Assembly (NCBI RefSeq): GCF_006345805.1
Contig: NW_021835172.1
Span: forward strand, 1 to 42,326
DNA length: 42,326 bases
Origin: Octopus sinensis
Taxonomy: Eukaryota
Direction of reading: 5' to 3'
Both the position numbers and the translations under genes were made by a program. Within the stretch, counting starts at the first letter, position 1. Every line of letters starts with the position of its first letter. A model generated the notes under the pieces. It worked only from the letters and a program-made list of their open reading frames with translations. It was not told the DNA's origin and did no database searches. This document shows, in pieces, positions 24,136 to 35,939 of this stretch.

Positions 24136-24212
24136 TACACGATTACAATAATTAACACAAAGCTACACAACAACAACAACAAACATATTTTTTTGTAATA
24201 AATCATTATATT

Positions 24213-24426
24213 AAGGCGGTGAGCTAGCAGAAACGTTAGCATGCCGGGCGAAATGCTTAGCAGTATTTCATCTGTCTTTACGTTCTGAGTTCAAATTCCG
24301 CCGAGGTCGACTTTGCCTTTCATCCTTTTGGGGTCAATAAATTAAGTACCAGCTGCGTACTGAGGTTAATCTAATCAACTGGCCCCCTCCAACAAAATTT
24401 CGGGCTTTGTGCCTTGAGTAGAAAAG
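24213..24426 (+). mobile_element. SINE family 2, full length with TSD
   Basis: 16-bp direct repeat AATAAATCATTATATT at 24197-24212 and 24427-24442. Confidence 0.9.
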
Positions 24427-25285
24427 AATAAATCATTATATTTGTAAAAGAAATTTTATTTTATATAATATCCTTATTGAAGTTTAGTATCAAAATATTT
24501 CATTCATTTTTTATTTGTTTCAGTAATTTGAATGTGGCCATGCTGGGGCAGTACCAATTTCGTTTAACAGATTGGCCCCAGTACTTATGTATGTTTTTCT
24601 TTTTAAGCCTGGAACTTATTCTATAAGTCTTTTCTACCAAGCCCCTAAGGTATGAGGATGTAAACAAACCAACGTAGCTTATCAAGCACCCACACATACC
24701 AGAATGGCAAATGGATATTAAATGATGATGACAATGAATTCCAGTTTGGTTCTAAGCTTGGAATTTACTTTATAAAGAGATGGATTGCTTCATTGGTGAC
24801 ATATTTAAAAATCCGTTCCTATCCCTAAAATTTATATAAACATTAACAAGGAGAATGGAGTGAGTAACTTGTTTGACTTCATGTTCGAAGAATTGTTTCA
24901 TCGATACTCAAACTTCTGGTAGAGCATTGAGGGATCCGAGTTGCTCGCTCTGTTCTCCATGTTGACAGGCTTCCATAGAATTTCTGTGTACTCACAAGGT
25001 ACTGGCCTTCCTGGGGCTATGCAAGAAAACATTCACCCAAGGTGCTGCACAATGGTATTGAACCTGGAAGTGGGACTGAACCCGGAACCATATGCTTAAA
25101 AAAATGAGCTTCTTACCTATGCAACCATGCCTACACCAAAAAGAAGGTACAGTTATCACTCGCTGTATTGCGGTTCCCCTATCACGTCCTCAGTACCTCG
25201 CAAGTTTTCCTGGCTAATATATTTAAACTTATATCGCGGACTCCTCGGTATGTCATGGATTTCTGCAGCCAATAGGTATTTATAT

Positions 25286-25700
25286 ACTCTTTACTCTTTT
25301 ACTCTTTTACTTGTTTCAGTCATTTGACTGCGGCCATGCTGGAGCACCGCCTTTAGTCGAGCAAATCGACCCCGAGACTTATTCTTTGTAAGCCCAGTAC
25401 TTATTTTATCGGTCTCTTTTGCCGAACCGCTAAGTGACGGAGACGTAAACACACCAGCATCGGTTGTCAAGCAATGCTAGGGGGACAAACACAGACACAG
25501 AAACACACACACACACATATATATATATATACATATACGACAGGCTTCTTTCAGTTTCCGTCTACCAAATCTAATCACAAGGCATTGGTCGGCCCGGGGC
25601 TATAGCAGGAGACACTTGCCCAAGATGCCACGCAGTGGGACTGAACCCGGAACCATGTGGTTGGTAAGCAAGCTACTTACCACACAGCCACTCCTGCGCC
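25286..25700 (-). mobile_element. SINE family 1, full length
   Basis: Complete head, internal (TA)/(TG) tract and (GTAAAAGA)n tail. Confidence 0.9.
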
Positions 25701-25867
25701 TATATGATTTATATTTAATTATTTCTGTGGTGAAATAAGCATTTTCACGCCTAAAAAGTAATAAAGAAGAATACAGTACGGTACTGGATTGTATAACACG
25801 TTGATTAAAATATATTAAAAGAAAACACATAGTGTACCATTGATGAGTAAACAAAGAATTGCACATA

Positions 25868-26131
25868 ATAAAATAATAAATGCGCCCTTTTAAAGCCTAG
25901 CCAGGCTCATGGGCCCGTTTTCCCGGTTTCAATGGCGTATGTGTTCCCTAGCTGGACGGGACGCCAGTCCATCGCCGCGTTACTCATTTTTGACAGCTGA
26001 GTGAACTGGAGCAACGTGAAATGAAGTGTTTTACTCAAGAACACAACGCGTCGCCCGGTCCAGGAATCGTAACCCCAGTCTTACGATCATGATGCTGACA
26101 CCCTAACCACTAAGCTTACGCGCCTTCACAT
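25868..26131 (-). mobile_element. SINE family 3 with TSD
   Basis: 12-bp direct repeat GAATTGCACATA at 25856-25867 and 26132-26143. Confidence 0.88.
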
Positions 26132-26599
26132 GAATTGCACATACTGTATGAAAAACGAAACTCGGGAGGCAAGAAAAGAGAAGACGTGAGTACTCCTAAG
26201 AGTGTGGGAAGAGTTTATAAAAGCTTAAATATTTAAAATTAATAAAAATAGATATATACAAATTATAAGAGTTAATAAAAAGAAAGGATACAGTATAAAA
26301 ACGTTTCTACTTCGTAGATTTTCACCTATCACGGGGGTGGTTTTGGAACGTAATACCCGTGATAATCGAGGGGATTACTGTATAACATTTAACAAAACAT
26401 ATTTCAAAATAAATTATCATGCCTAATTTTTCGACTGATGACCAGGGCTGCTGAATTTTGTGACCCAAATGCAACAAGTTTAATTCCTTAGCATTTGAAC
26501 CGGTCATATCCGGCCTAAATGTCTTACCTGTTTTATATTCAAAGCAACCAGACCTGGCCTCTTATAACATTGTTCTAAAAATAAACATTTGTTTTCTTT

Positions 26600-26980
26600 A
26601 GGCACAGGAATGGCTGTGTGGTAAGTAGCTTGCTTACCAGCCACATGATTCCAGGTTCTGTCCCAATGTGTGGCACCTTGCGCAAGTGTCTTCTACTATA
26701 GCCTCGGGCCGACCAATGCCTTGTGAGTGGATTTGTTAAACGGAAATGCATGTGTGTATGTGTGTGTATATGTTTGTGTGTCTGTATTTGTCCCCCCAAC
26801 ATCACTTGACAACCGATGCTGGTATGTTTACGTCCCCCGTAACTTAGCGGTTCGGCAAAAGAGACCAATAGAATAAGTACTAGGCTTACAAAGAATAAGT
26901 CCTGAGGACAATTTGCTCGACTAAAGGCGGTGCTCCAGCATGGCCGAAGTCAAAATGACTGAAACAAGTAAAAGAGTAAA
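26600..26980 (+). mobile_element. SINE family 1
   Basis: Head GGCACAGGAATGGCTGTGTGGTAAG, tail GTAAAAGAGTAAA. Confidence 0.88.
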
Positions 26981-27244
26981 GATTAATCACATCATCAAAA
27001 TTTCGAAGCTACAAAATAATGCCTGATTACTTCGGAGCAATGTCAATAGATATGCAATATATTTGCTTAAGGGCTAAACTTGCCATTGATTGTCATTGGA
27101 GACAAGGCAATATAAAGTTTCTATATCCAGAGCCGGTCCTAAATCCCAGGAATCCCAGGGCACTTTGAAATAGGTGGGGCCTGTCATACACAAGAATTTA
27201 AATCTTGGAAAATTACCAAATCTAAATCTCAAAATCCATTGCAT

Positions 27245-27406
27245 AGGCATAGGAGTGGCTGTGTGGTAAGTAGCTTGCTTACGAACCACATGGTTCCGGG
27301 TTCAGTCCCACTGCGTGGCACCTTGGGCAAGTGTCTTCTACTATAGCCTCGGACCGACCAAACCTTGTGATTAGATTTGGTAGACGGAAACTGAAAGAAG
27401 CCCGTC

Positions 27407-27452
<46 letters not shown>

Positions 27453-27488
27453 GTTTGTGTGTCTGTGTTTGTCCACCCAACATCACTT
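27245..27488 (+). mobile_element. SINE family 1, 5' half
   Basis: Head plus (TA)n, truncated at CAACATCACTTG. Confidence 0.85.
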
Positions 27489-28135
27489 GTTTGTGTCGAG
27501 GACAATGAAAATTTTTTTTGAAGACCTTGTGTAGGCCTCTGGACAGGTATCGCCAAGATTGTGGCAATCGGTCCGAAGCGGCTTCACTCAGCGTGCTTCA
27601 GCTTCGTTACTATGGCAGCAGTCTGGATACTTATTGATCAGACCACGTATAAGGCATTGTGACCACTGTACAGCCAACTCACAGGTTGTTACTCGTCTGT
27701 CCGCACGAATTAACTGGCAGTTCATATCAGTGGTCACAGTTGATGATATCCCAGTGCGTGGTTTGTCTTCAATGCTAGTTTCCCCTTTTTAAAATTTCAT
27801 GTGCACATTGCTCATCTCAATAATGATATTTCCGTAAAATATCCTATTGCCTACTTTGGATATCGAATAGTCTGCATCCATCCTTCGTCAAGAACTTAAC
27901 GACAGCACATCGCTTCTACTTGGAAGCCATTATTTGCCTACAATGAAAGAGGACTGGAAAAAAGAGTTATTATAGAGATCGAATGTCAAGACACTCGAAT
28001 ATCAATGGCATAAGATCTACTTGTTTGTGTCGAGAACAATGAAAATTTTTTGAAAACCTTGTGTAAGCCTCTGGGCAGTTATCGCCAAGATTGTGGCAAT
28101 CTGTCCGAAGTGGCTTCCCTCAGCGTGCTTTAGCT
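27486..28135 (-). mobile_element. Nested mariner remnants
   Basis: Minus strand 27930-27670 reads MASK*KRCAVVKFLTKDG...KGETSIEDKPRTG...LIRADRRVT (mariner N-terminus); TIR-like TA|CGTGGTCTGATCAATAAGTATCCAGACTG at 27647; about 120-bp direct repeat at 27486-27605 and 28019-28135. Confidence 0.65.
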
Positions 28136-28209
28136 GAAACATCCTGTGCCAGCTAATTAACAAAGTTATGCCTAGTTTTGCATAACTCTCCATACAATCC
28201 TCACAGTAT

Positions 28210-28251
<42 letters not shown>

Positions 28252-29428
28252 ACTTTTGGTATGAGTGTGTTCAACAAAAGGCATTTAATGTGTTTGAGAT
28301 CACATCAAAGACTAACTAATCAGGAAATTTCTACTCCCTGTGAACCTGCTGCAGAATAAAATGTACTTATGACGATGTTGATTGTGATGGAATGAGAAAA
28401 AAAGCAAAGCGAACGGAAACAAATGGACAGAATGATGTGGGAGGAAAGATTTTTTTTTTCTACCATAAATGGACTGGGTACATTTTTTACAAAGTCACCT
28501 AAAAGGGCTAATGCGTTAAATAACATAGTTAAAAAAAAGATTTTCCAAAGCTACGGGAATTAGATGGAACTACTCCTCATGTCTCGTTCTTACTATAAAA
28601 GAGAACTATAATTTTCAGATAATTTTTTGAAGACATCATTGAAAATCCTGAAGCATGGGATGAGACCACATATATTCTGCTATCAAATTTTTACATAAAT
28701 TAAAAACTGGCAGAATCGTTAGCACGTCAGGCAAAATGCTTAGCAGTATTTCGTCTGTCTTTACCTTCTGAGTTCAAATTCCGGTGAGGTCGACTTTGCC
28801 GTTCATCAATAAATTAAGTACCAGTTAAGTACTGAAGTCGATGTGATCGAGTATCCCCAAATTTCAGGCCTTGTGCCAATGGTAGAAAGGTGGAGAAAGG
28901 ATTTTACCTACATTTATTTTAATATTAACGTTGAAAAAAATCCACTTTCGGGTAAAAAATTTTGGACCTGAGTTTGCACGACCTAAGCGAATTTTATTCC
29001 CGAGTCACTGAACACACCCAATTACTAAGGGCTTAAATACTGGACATTGTACCTTTGACCTTTATATTATCAAAGCAAAAGGCTGAAATCCAATAATATT
29101 AAAAGCAACAAAACTACTATCACAACTCCTGTTCACTCAACAAAAGAGAAACACCTACGGGATTATTTACAAAGTTCTCTGTGCATTAATAAATTCTAAA
29201 CAATAACATGACCCCAAAATTTAATTAATAAAAAAATTTCCAAAACACAATTCTATAAAAACCTAATTATCACCCTACACAAACCCACACACTCGAAGAT
29301 GATTTATAACTTAACAAAGACTGTACAAAGGCATAACCAACTTCAAATGCATTACAGTCCGACGATGGATTAAATGGCCGCAACTTCAAAGTCACTGTCA
29401 ACAACATTCTTGTATAAGTATAATATAT

Positions 29429-29848
29429 AGGAGTGGCTGTGTGGTAAGTAGCTTGCTTACGAACCACATGGTCTCGGGTTCAGTCCCACTGCGTGGCACC
29501 TTGGGCAAGTGTCTTCTACTATAGCCTCGAGCCGACCAAAGCCTTGTGGATTTGGTAGACGGAAACTGAGAGAAGCCCGTTGTATATATACATATATATA
29601 TATGCGTGCGTCTGTGTGTGTGTGTGTGTGTGTATGTTTGTGTGTCTGTGTTTGTCCCCCCAACATCACTTGACAACTGATGCTGGTGTGTTTACGTCCC
29701 CCGTAACTTAGCGGTTCGGCAAAAGAGACCGATAGAATAAGTACTGGGCTTACAAAGAATAAGTCCTGGGGTCGATTTGCTCGACTAGAGGTGGTGTTCC
29801 AGCTTGGCCACAATCAAATGACTGAAACAAGTAAAATAGAAAAAGAGT
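29429..29848 (+). mobile_element. SINE family 1, full length
   Basis: Complete head, internal microsatellite and tail. Confidence 0.88.
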
Positions 29849-30149
29849 ATATAATACACATGCACACACACATATGCAGGCGTGCGTGCACACACACACA
29901 TACACGGTATCACCACGAAGGATTCTTGTTTTTATCGTCTTTTCAGCCAAACTGCCAAGTTACATGGATGTAAACAACCTCTCCCACTCAGCTACCAGAG
30001 GGGGATCAAATATAAAGTTACACACATACACATATATACTCATATAAGTCCACACACATACACACACTCACACGCGCATTTTTATGACAATTCTACAGTT
30101 TCCATCTACCAAATTCGCTCACAGGGGATTGGTTGCAAATTCGCATTAA

Positions 30150-31300
30150 TAATAACTCCGTTAACAATCAAAATACACACACAAACACTGATGTGCACAA
30201 CAAAAATACAAATGAGGAACAGGAAAACGAACGAACCAGAAAAGATACTGTAGCATGTAATTGCAGACAGAAAAATGAATGCAATTTTAATAACAACTGC
30301 ATGGTTAAGAACGTAATTTACAAGTGTGAAGTAAAGGCGGGTGCACTAAAATATGTGTACATTGGTACAACTGGAGACACCATGAAAATCGTCTACGAAA
30401 TCATCTTACATCATTTTCCGGTGAAAATAAAAATCATTGTACGTCATTAACAAACTTCATCTGGAAGCTCAAACAGAATGAGGCGGAACATATAACTAAC
30501 TGGTCTATAATAATAAAAAACAAACGCTAGACCATACAATAGAACATAGTGGGTGTGTAACTTATGCCCAGAGGAAACTCTGGAGGTCATTACATCAGGA
30601 GATCACGGAATTAATAGGTATTCGGAAGTAATTGTATCAAACAAACATAAGATCAAAGCATTCTTCCGAGGATTCGAATGGAACATTACGAAACAGAGAA
30701 ATGCTAACCATCATTTGCATATAACTGAACAAATAGAAGAACCATATAAACGAACTAAACATTCCTAGGTTATATCACCTAGGTTATATCACCTAGGTTA
30801 TATCACCTAGATTATATCCTAGTTTATATCACCAGAAGACCATAACAGAACAGAACACATCCGTCCATGTCGCCAGCAAAGACAATATACAAAGCATAGA
30901 TGGTAGTCAAAAGTAGCTAAACTCACTGGATTTGTGCAAATACTAGTGACATCAATGAACTAATTATACCACCAGAAGTAATTAACACAACCCTTTAAGG
31001 CAACATCACTTGTCAACTCAGACAACCCAGTATATCAGGCGACCCATTCACCAGGCTGATCTGTGACTAGCAAACACTTCGAAACGGCAACTGCTCAACA
31101 AAATTTGCTTCCTTGCCCTGCAACATCTGAATTCGTTAAGGAAGCGCTCGCTATGTCTAAGGTGAAACCAATGACCTACGCTCTTCATCCCAACATGTGC
31201 ACACATATCAAAACAAGTCAAGCCTACCACGCACTCTTCTCGTTCATCTATCATTACCGTTCCTTTCTCTCTTTCCATCTTCTTTTCCTCTTTCCTATCA
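30150..31300 (+). mobile_element. Penelope-like element 3' remnant with GIY-YIG endonuclease pseudogene (about 30250-30690)
   Basis: CNCRQKNECNFNNNC.VKNVIYKCEV....KYVYIGTT, frameshift, RLRNHLTSF...TSLTNFIWKLK...WSII...CNLCPEE...NRYSEV...KHK; the 3' boundary is a guess. Confidence 0.85.
30764..30832. repeat. 14-bp tandem repeat (CCTAGGTTATATCA) x about 5
   Basis: Three perfect and two degenerate units. Confidence 0.9.
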
Positions 31301-32174
31301 ATAGAGAACAACTACACAGCGTAAATACTTAGTACTATCATAAAGATTCCATCTACTGTGAGTGTATACTGTTTAACACAAAGTAAGTTTACTTTGCCCG
31401 TTCTCTCCTTTTCCACATTTCCCACCTTCTCCCTCGCTCTTTCTCTGTCTCTCTATTTTAATCTCTTTCTCTCTTTGTTTCAGTCTCTCTTTCTCCCCTC
31501 ACTCATTCTCTCTGTCTTTCGTCTGTCTATCCCATTTGTCAAATTCCATCTCACACAATGCCTAGCATGTAAATAGACAAATTCAATATCATATGCAGGA
31601 CAAAGAACTAAGAGGTTTAGTGATTCATCATGTCATTGCCGCTGGCTTGTGCCTGTGACAAAGTTCCTTAAATTTCCCTGATTGAGTAACATGATGGCAT
31701 GAAATAGTAGCGCATTCAAAAAATGAATAACAATGAAATTAATTTGTTGGCCCCTTGTTTGAAAACCTTTATGTAGGAGAGTGCCAGAGGAAGAGAGTGA
31801 CCATAGGTGAGGATAGGCACACAAGAAAGAAAGATAGTAAAACGAATTAAAGATAGTGTGTTTGGCTTTTATTCTGAATTCTCCAATTCTGAGGATCAAG
31901 TGCTGGATCTGGCACACTACTGTACCAGCACCAGCAAATCTGGCATCCAATTCAGCCGCCTGCTTCTCATGGCTTGTGAATACAACCCTTATTGCTGGAG
32001 TTTAACAACCTATTATCACGAGCTATTTAATTTTTGTATGTTTACACATCAATTTCCTGCATGAAAAAATACCATGAATGATAACCTAAGGATTTCTTTC
32101 AACAAAACACCTGACCACTTTTCACAAGTGAAGGGCATAGTAGAGTGATTTACTATTGTTACCTCGTCTGGAAA

Positions 32175-32407
32175 ATATGGCACGTAAAAGGCACCAACCG
32201 ATTGTGGCTGTTGCCAGCCTCTTCCGGCCCCTGTGTGAGTGGCATGTAAAAAGCACCCACTACACTCACGGACTGATTGGTGTTAGGAAGGGCATCCAGT
32301 GGTAGAAACACTGCCAGATCAGATTGGAGCCTGGTGCAGCCTCCTGGCTTCCCAAACCCTGGTCGAACCGTCCAACCCATGCTAGCATGGAAAACAGACG
32401 TCAAATT

Positions 32408-32440
<33 letters not shown>
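32175..32440 (+). mobile_element. Retroposon family 4 with (GAT)n tail
   Basis: Closely similar to 13610-13875. Confidence 0.8.
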
Positions 32441-32442
<2 letters not shown>

Positions 32443-32828
32443 AGTCAACATTATTAGAGTTTGATGTCAGATCACAGGGGAACAAAGTTAATTTACAAAT
32501 TCCTTTGGTTAGATTATTCTTGATCTAAATTGTTTAAAAAATAATTTTTAGTACGCCCTTGACATCCAATTTTTTTTTTATTTTCAGAAGAATTGTGTAT
32601 AGAAACTTTATATAGCCTTATCTGCCATGGCAATGGCAAGTTTAGCCCTTAAGCATTCAGATTGCTCTGCCAAACGTAATACTTCTTTATTTACATTGCT
32701 TTGAATTAATCTTGCTTTATTTTGTCGATTCGAGAGTTTGATGGTGTGATTGTTTATTTTTAGAACAATGTTGTAAGAGGTCAGATCTGGTTGGTTTGAA
32801 TATAAAACGACTTCATCGAATATATATG

Positions 32829-32860
<32 letters not shown>

Positions 32861-32905
32861 ATATATACACATACATACACATATATATATATATACATAC
32901 ACACA

Positions 32906-32962
<57 letters not shown>

Positions 32963-33086
32963 CTTTAATAACTGTAATTATATATTATTTTTTTTTATTA
33001 TAATAGTATATGCTCGCGTGCGGAGCCTTGTAAGCATTGATGTCGTGTTCAATTCCCACCGGTTCGGCCCAACTTTTTTTCAGACA

Positions 33087-33202
33087 TTATGATTATAAAA
33101 CAATATATAATTACAGTTATTATAAAAAGACCAATGTAGCCGCTCTTTTCCGTAATTTACAACCTTCAGGTGGGTTTTCAAATTTTTAAATAGATATATA
33201 CT

Positions 33203-33234
<32 letters not shown>

Positions 33235-33362
33235 ATAATATATATAAGTATATATCTATTTAAAAATTTGAAAACCCACCTGAAGGTTGTAAATTACGGA
33301 AAAGAGCGGCTACATTGGTCTTTTTATAATAACTGTAATTATATATTGTTTTATAATCATAA
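33087..33362. repeat. 276-bp palindrome with about 120-bp perfect arms and a (TA)n centre
   Basis: 33087-33210 is the exact reverse complement of about 33239-33362. Confidence 0.95.
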
Positions 33363-33385
33363 ATATATATATATATAGATATATA

Positions 33386-33416
<31 letters not shown>

Positions 33417-33439
33417 CATACACGTATAGATAGATAGAT

Positions 33440-33488
<49 letters not shown>

Positions 33489-33539
33489 TAAGGAATAAAA
33501 AAACAAGGAATTGTTTTATTCCTCTTTTTTTATTCCTTA

Positions 33540-33704
33540 GATTAGATTAACCTCAGTACGCAGCTGGTACTTAATTTATTGACCCCAAAAGGATGAAAGG
33601 CAAAGTCGACCTCGGCGGAATTTGAACTCAGAACGTAAAGACAGATGAAATACTGCTAAGCATTTCGCCCGGCATGCTAACGTTTCTGCTAGCTCACCGC
33701 CTTA
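33540..33704 (-). mobile_element. SINE family 2, 3'-truncated, identical to 24213-24376
   Basis: Base-by-base reverse-complement match. Confidence 0.9.
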
Positions 33705-33732
33705 ATATAATGATTTATTACAAAAAAATATG

Positions 33733-33733
33733 T

Positions 33734-33777
<44 letters not shown>

Positions 33778-33792
33778 GCTGCTGCTGCTGCT

Positions 33793-33846
<54 letters not shown>

Positions 33847-33914
33847 GCTGCTGCTGCTGTTGTTGTTATTGCTGTTGTTGTTGTTGTTGCTGCTGCTGCT
33901 GCTGCTACTGCTGC

Positions 33915-33945
<31 letters not shown>
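33733..33945. repeat. (GTT)n/(GCT)n compound microsatellite
   Basis: Directly visible. Confidence 0.95.
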
Positions 33946-33946
<1 letters not shown>

Positions 33947-33975
33947 TGATTTGTGTTAGTTATTGTAATCGTGTA

Positions 33976-33981
33976 TTTATT
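33976..33981 (-). promoter_or_regulatory. Candidate polyadenylation signal of copy 2
   Basis: AATAAA on the minus strand, homologous to 24130-24135, about 160 nt after the stop codon. Confidence 0.45.
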
Positions 33982-34140
33982 GCCTGATAAAGGAACAGCA
34001 ACATAACATTCTGTGAGAAGTTTACATCGTATCAACAACTGGTTTCCTCATTTGTTTTTTTTTTCATTCCTGAAATTTTCATGGAATAAAAGTTTTATTC
34101 CAAATGATAGAATGTTTGTTTTTACAGCAATTTTTGCTAT

Positions 34141-34229
34141 TTAAGACTTGTTGCTCTTGGGCTGTTCTGGTGCAACATGTTTTGATGGAGCAACACACAG
34201 AGACTTTTGGATAAATTCAGTAAAAGGCT
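34141..34229 (-). CDS. SLC7A9: SLC7A9-like copy 2 terminal coding exon H'
   Basis: minus strand tttcag|AGCCT...TCTTAA; encodes (K)PFTEFIQKSLCVAPSKHVAPEQPKSNKS*; not in the ORF track. Confidence 0.91.
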
Positions 34230-34892
34230 CTGAAATATAAAAAAAAATAATAATAAGTACATGGGATGAGTATAAATATAGACCTATATGTATAATACAC
34301 ACACATACACACACACACACAGATTATGTAATGGCTTCAAACTTTCGTGCAATACAAGCAATTTTGGATGTAAACAAACCAACACAGGTTATCAGACAGT
34401 GAATAGGTGGGTGACATTCACAGATACACATGCACATGCACACACAGTTACACCCCTCACACATACACATACACACACTCGTACACACACACACACATAC
34501 ACATGGGGAACAGATGTTAAACAATGTCATCAACCCAGCCCTTTGACTGGTACTTTATTTTACCGACCTGAAAGGATGAAATGCAAAGTCAACCCCGGTT
34601 GCGTTTGGACTCAGAATGTAAAGCCAGAAGAGACAATGCTAAGCATCGTGCTTAGAATGGTAACGATTCTGCCAGCTCGCTTCCCCGCTCGGAGTTTAAA
34701 CAATGAGAATAAATAATGAATGTAAATGCTGATATGGACTGAATGACAGACGGGAAGATGGGTCAATAGAGAGATCGATAGATAAGTAGATAGAGTGAGA
34801 GAGAGAGAGAGAAAGAGAGGGAGAGAGAGGGGGAGGGAGGAAGAGAGATGGATAAATAAATGGTTAGTTAACATATATACCTAAATGTTAGT

Positions 34893-34923
<31 letters not shown>

Positions 34924-34927
34924 CCAC

Positions 34928-35025
<98 letters not shown>
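34893..35025. repeat. (CAT)n microsatellite
   Basis: Directly visible. Confidence 0.95.
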
Positions 35026-35026
<1 letters not shown>

Positions 35027-35939
35027 TTAATATCCATTTTCAAAAGCAGCGAGCTGGCAGAATCGTTAGCAAGCCAGGTAAAATGCTTAGTGATATTTCG
35101 TCTGTCTTTACGTTCTGAGTTCAAATTCCACCGAGGTCAACTTTGCCTTTCAACCTTTCGGGGTCGATAAATTAGGTACCAGTTGCGTACTGGTGTCGAT
35201 CTAATAGACTGGCCCCCGCCCCGCCTTCCTAAAAATTTCGGGCCTTGTGCTTAGAGTCGAAAAGAATATCCATTTTCCATACTGGCATGTGTTGGACAGT
35301 TTGGCAAGAGCCATGCAAAAAAAGCATCCTTACCAGTACCACATTAAAAACACCCATGCCGCCATTATGTAAAAAGTACCTGTGCTGGCGCCACATTAAA
35401 AGAAACCTAGCCAGATTTCATAGTCTGCTTTGGATTGGTTTCTACAGCTGGATGCCCTTTCTAACACTCCACAGAATGTCCAGGGTGCTTTTTACGTGGC
35501 CCCTTGGTTCTAAGATCTCATTGCTGTTGCGATGGGCGTATCTTCTTGAGTACAGCAATGCACCACATATCCCAGTCGTTTGTCAGCTCCTTTGTAAGAT
35601 TCAGTATTCTAATCTTGTATATTCAATTGAGGCAGAAAATAGCCATCTATGTATCATACTTAATGTATAGACATTATCAATTGGCCAGTTATTGCAGTAT
35701 ATGTTTCGAGATGTGGATGATGGTGGGATAGAGTGGGGGATAACATACAGAGTCGGCACTAGGAAACACGGGGCCCAATTAGAATAATGACAATGGGGCC
35801 CCTCTACAAAAGCTAGATATTGATGTTTTGTGCTTTGCATAGTATGCCTGTTCCAGTCAAAAATTTTTGCGGACTTGAGGTTCCACCATTAGCCACGATG
35901 ATATGCTAAATCACTCAACGAAAATGTGCGTGCGTGCAT

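Larger units (their letters stand above)
25150..26380. mobile_element. Tigger/pogo-type non-autonomous element carrying two nested SINEs
   Basis: TA|CAGTTATCACTCG...GCGG and CCGTGATAATCGAGGGGATTACTG|TA imperfect TIRs. Confidence 0.6.

Noticed and set aside
27245-27325. tRNA-like sequences at SINE heads (also 19545, 26600, 29429, 36215-36285)
   Set aside because: They have A/B-box-like motifs but run into SINE bodies and lack a convincing cloverleaf, so they are not called as tRNA genes
31633-32064. Overlapping 85-105 aa ORFs in the spacer as a possible third gene
   Set aside because: No recognisable domain and no consistent splice structure
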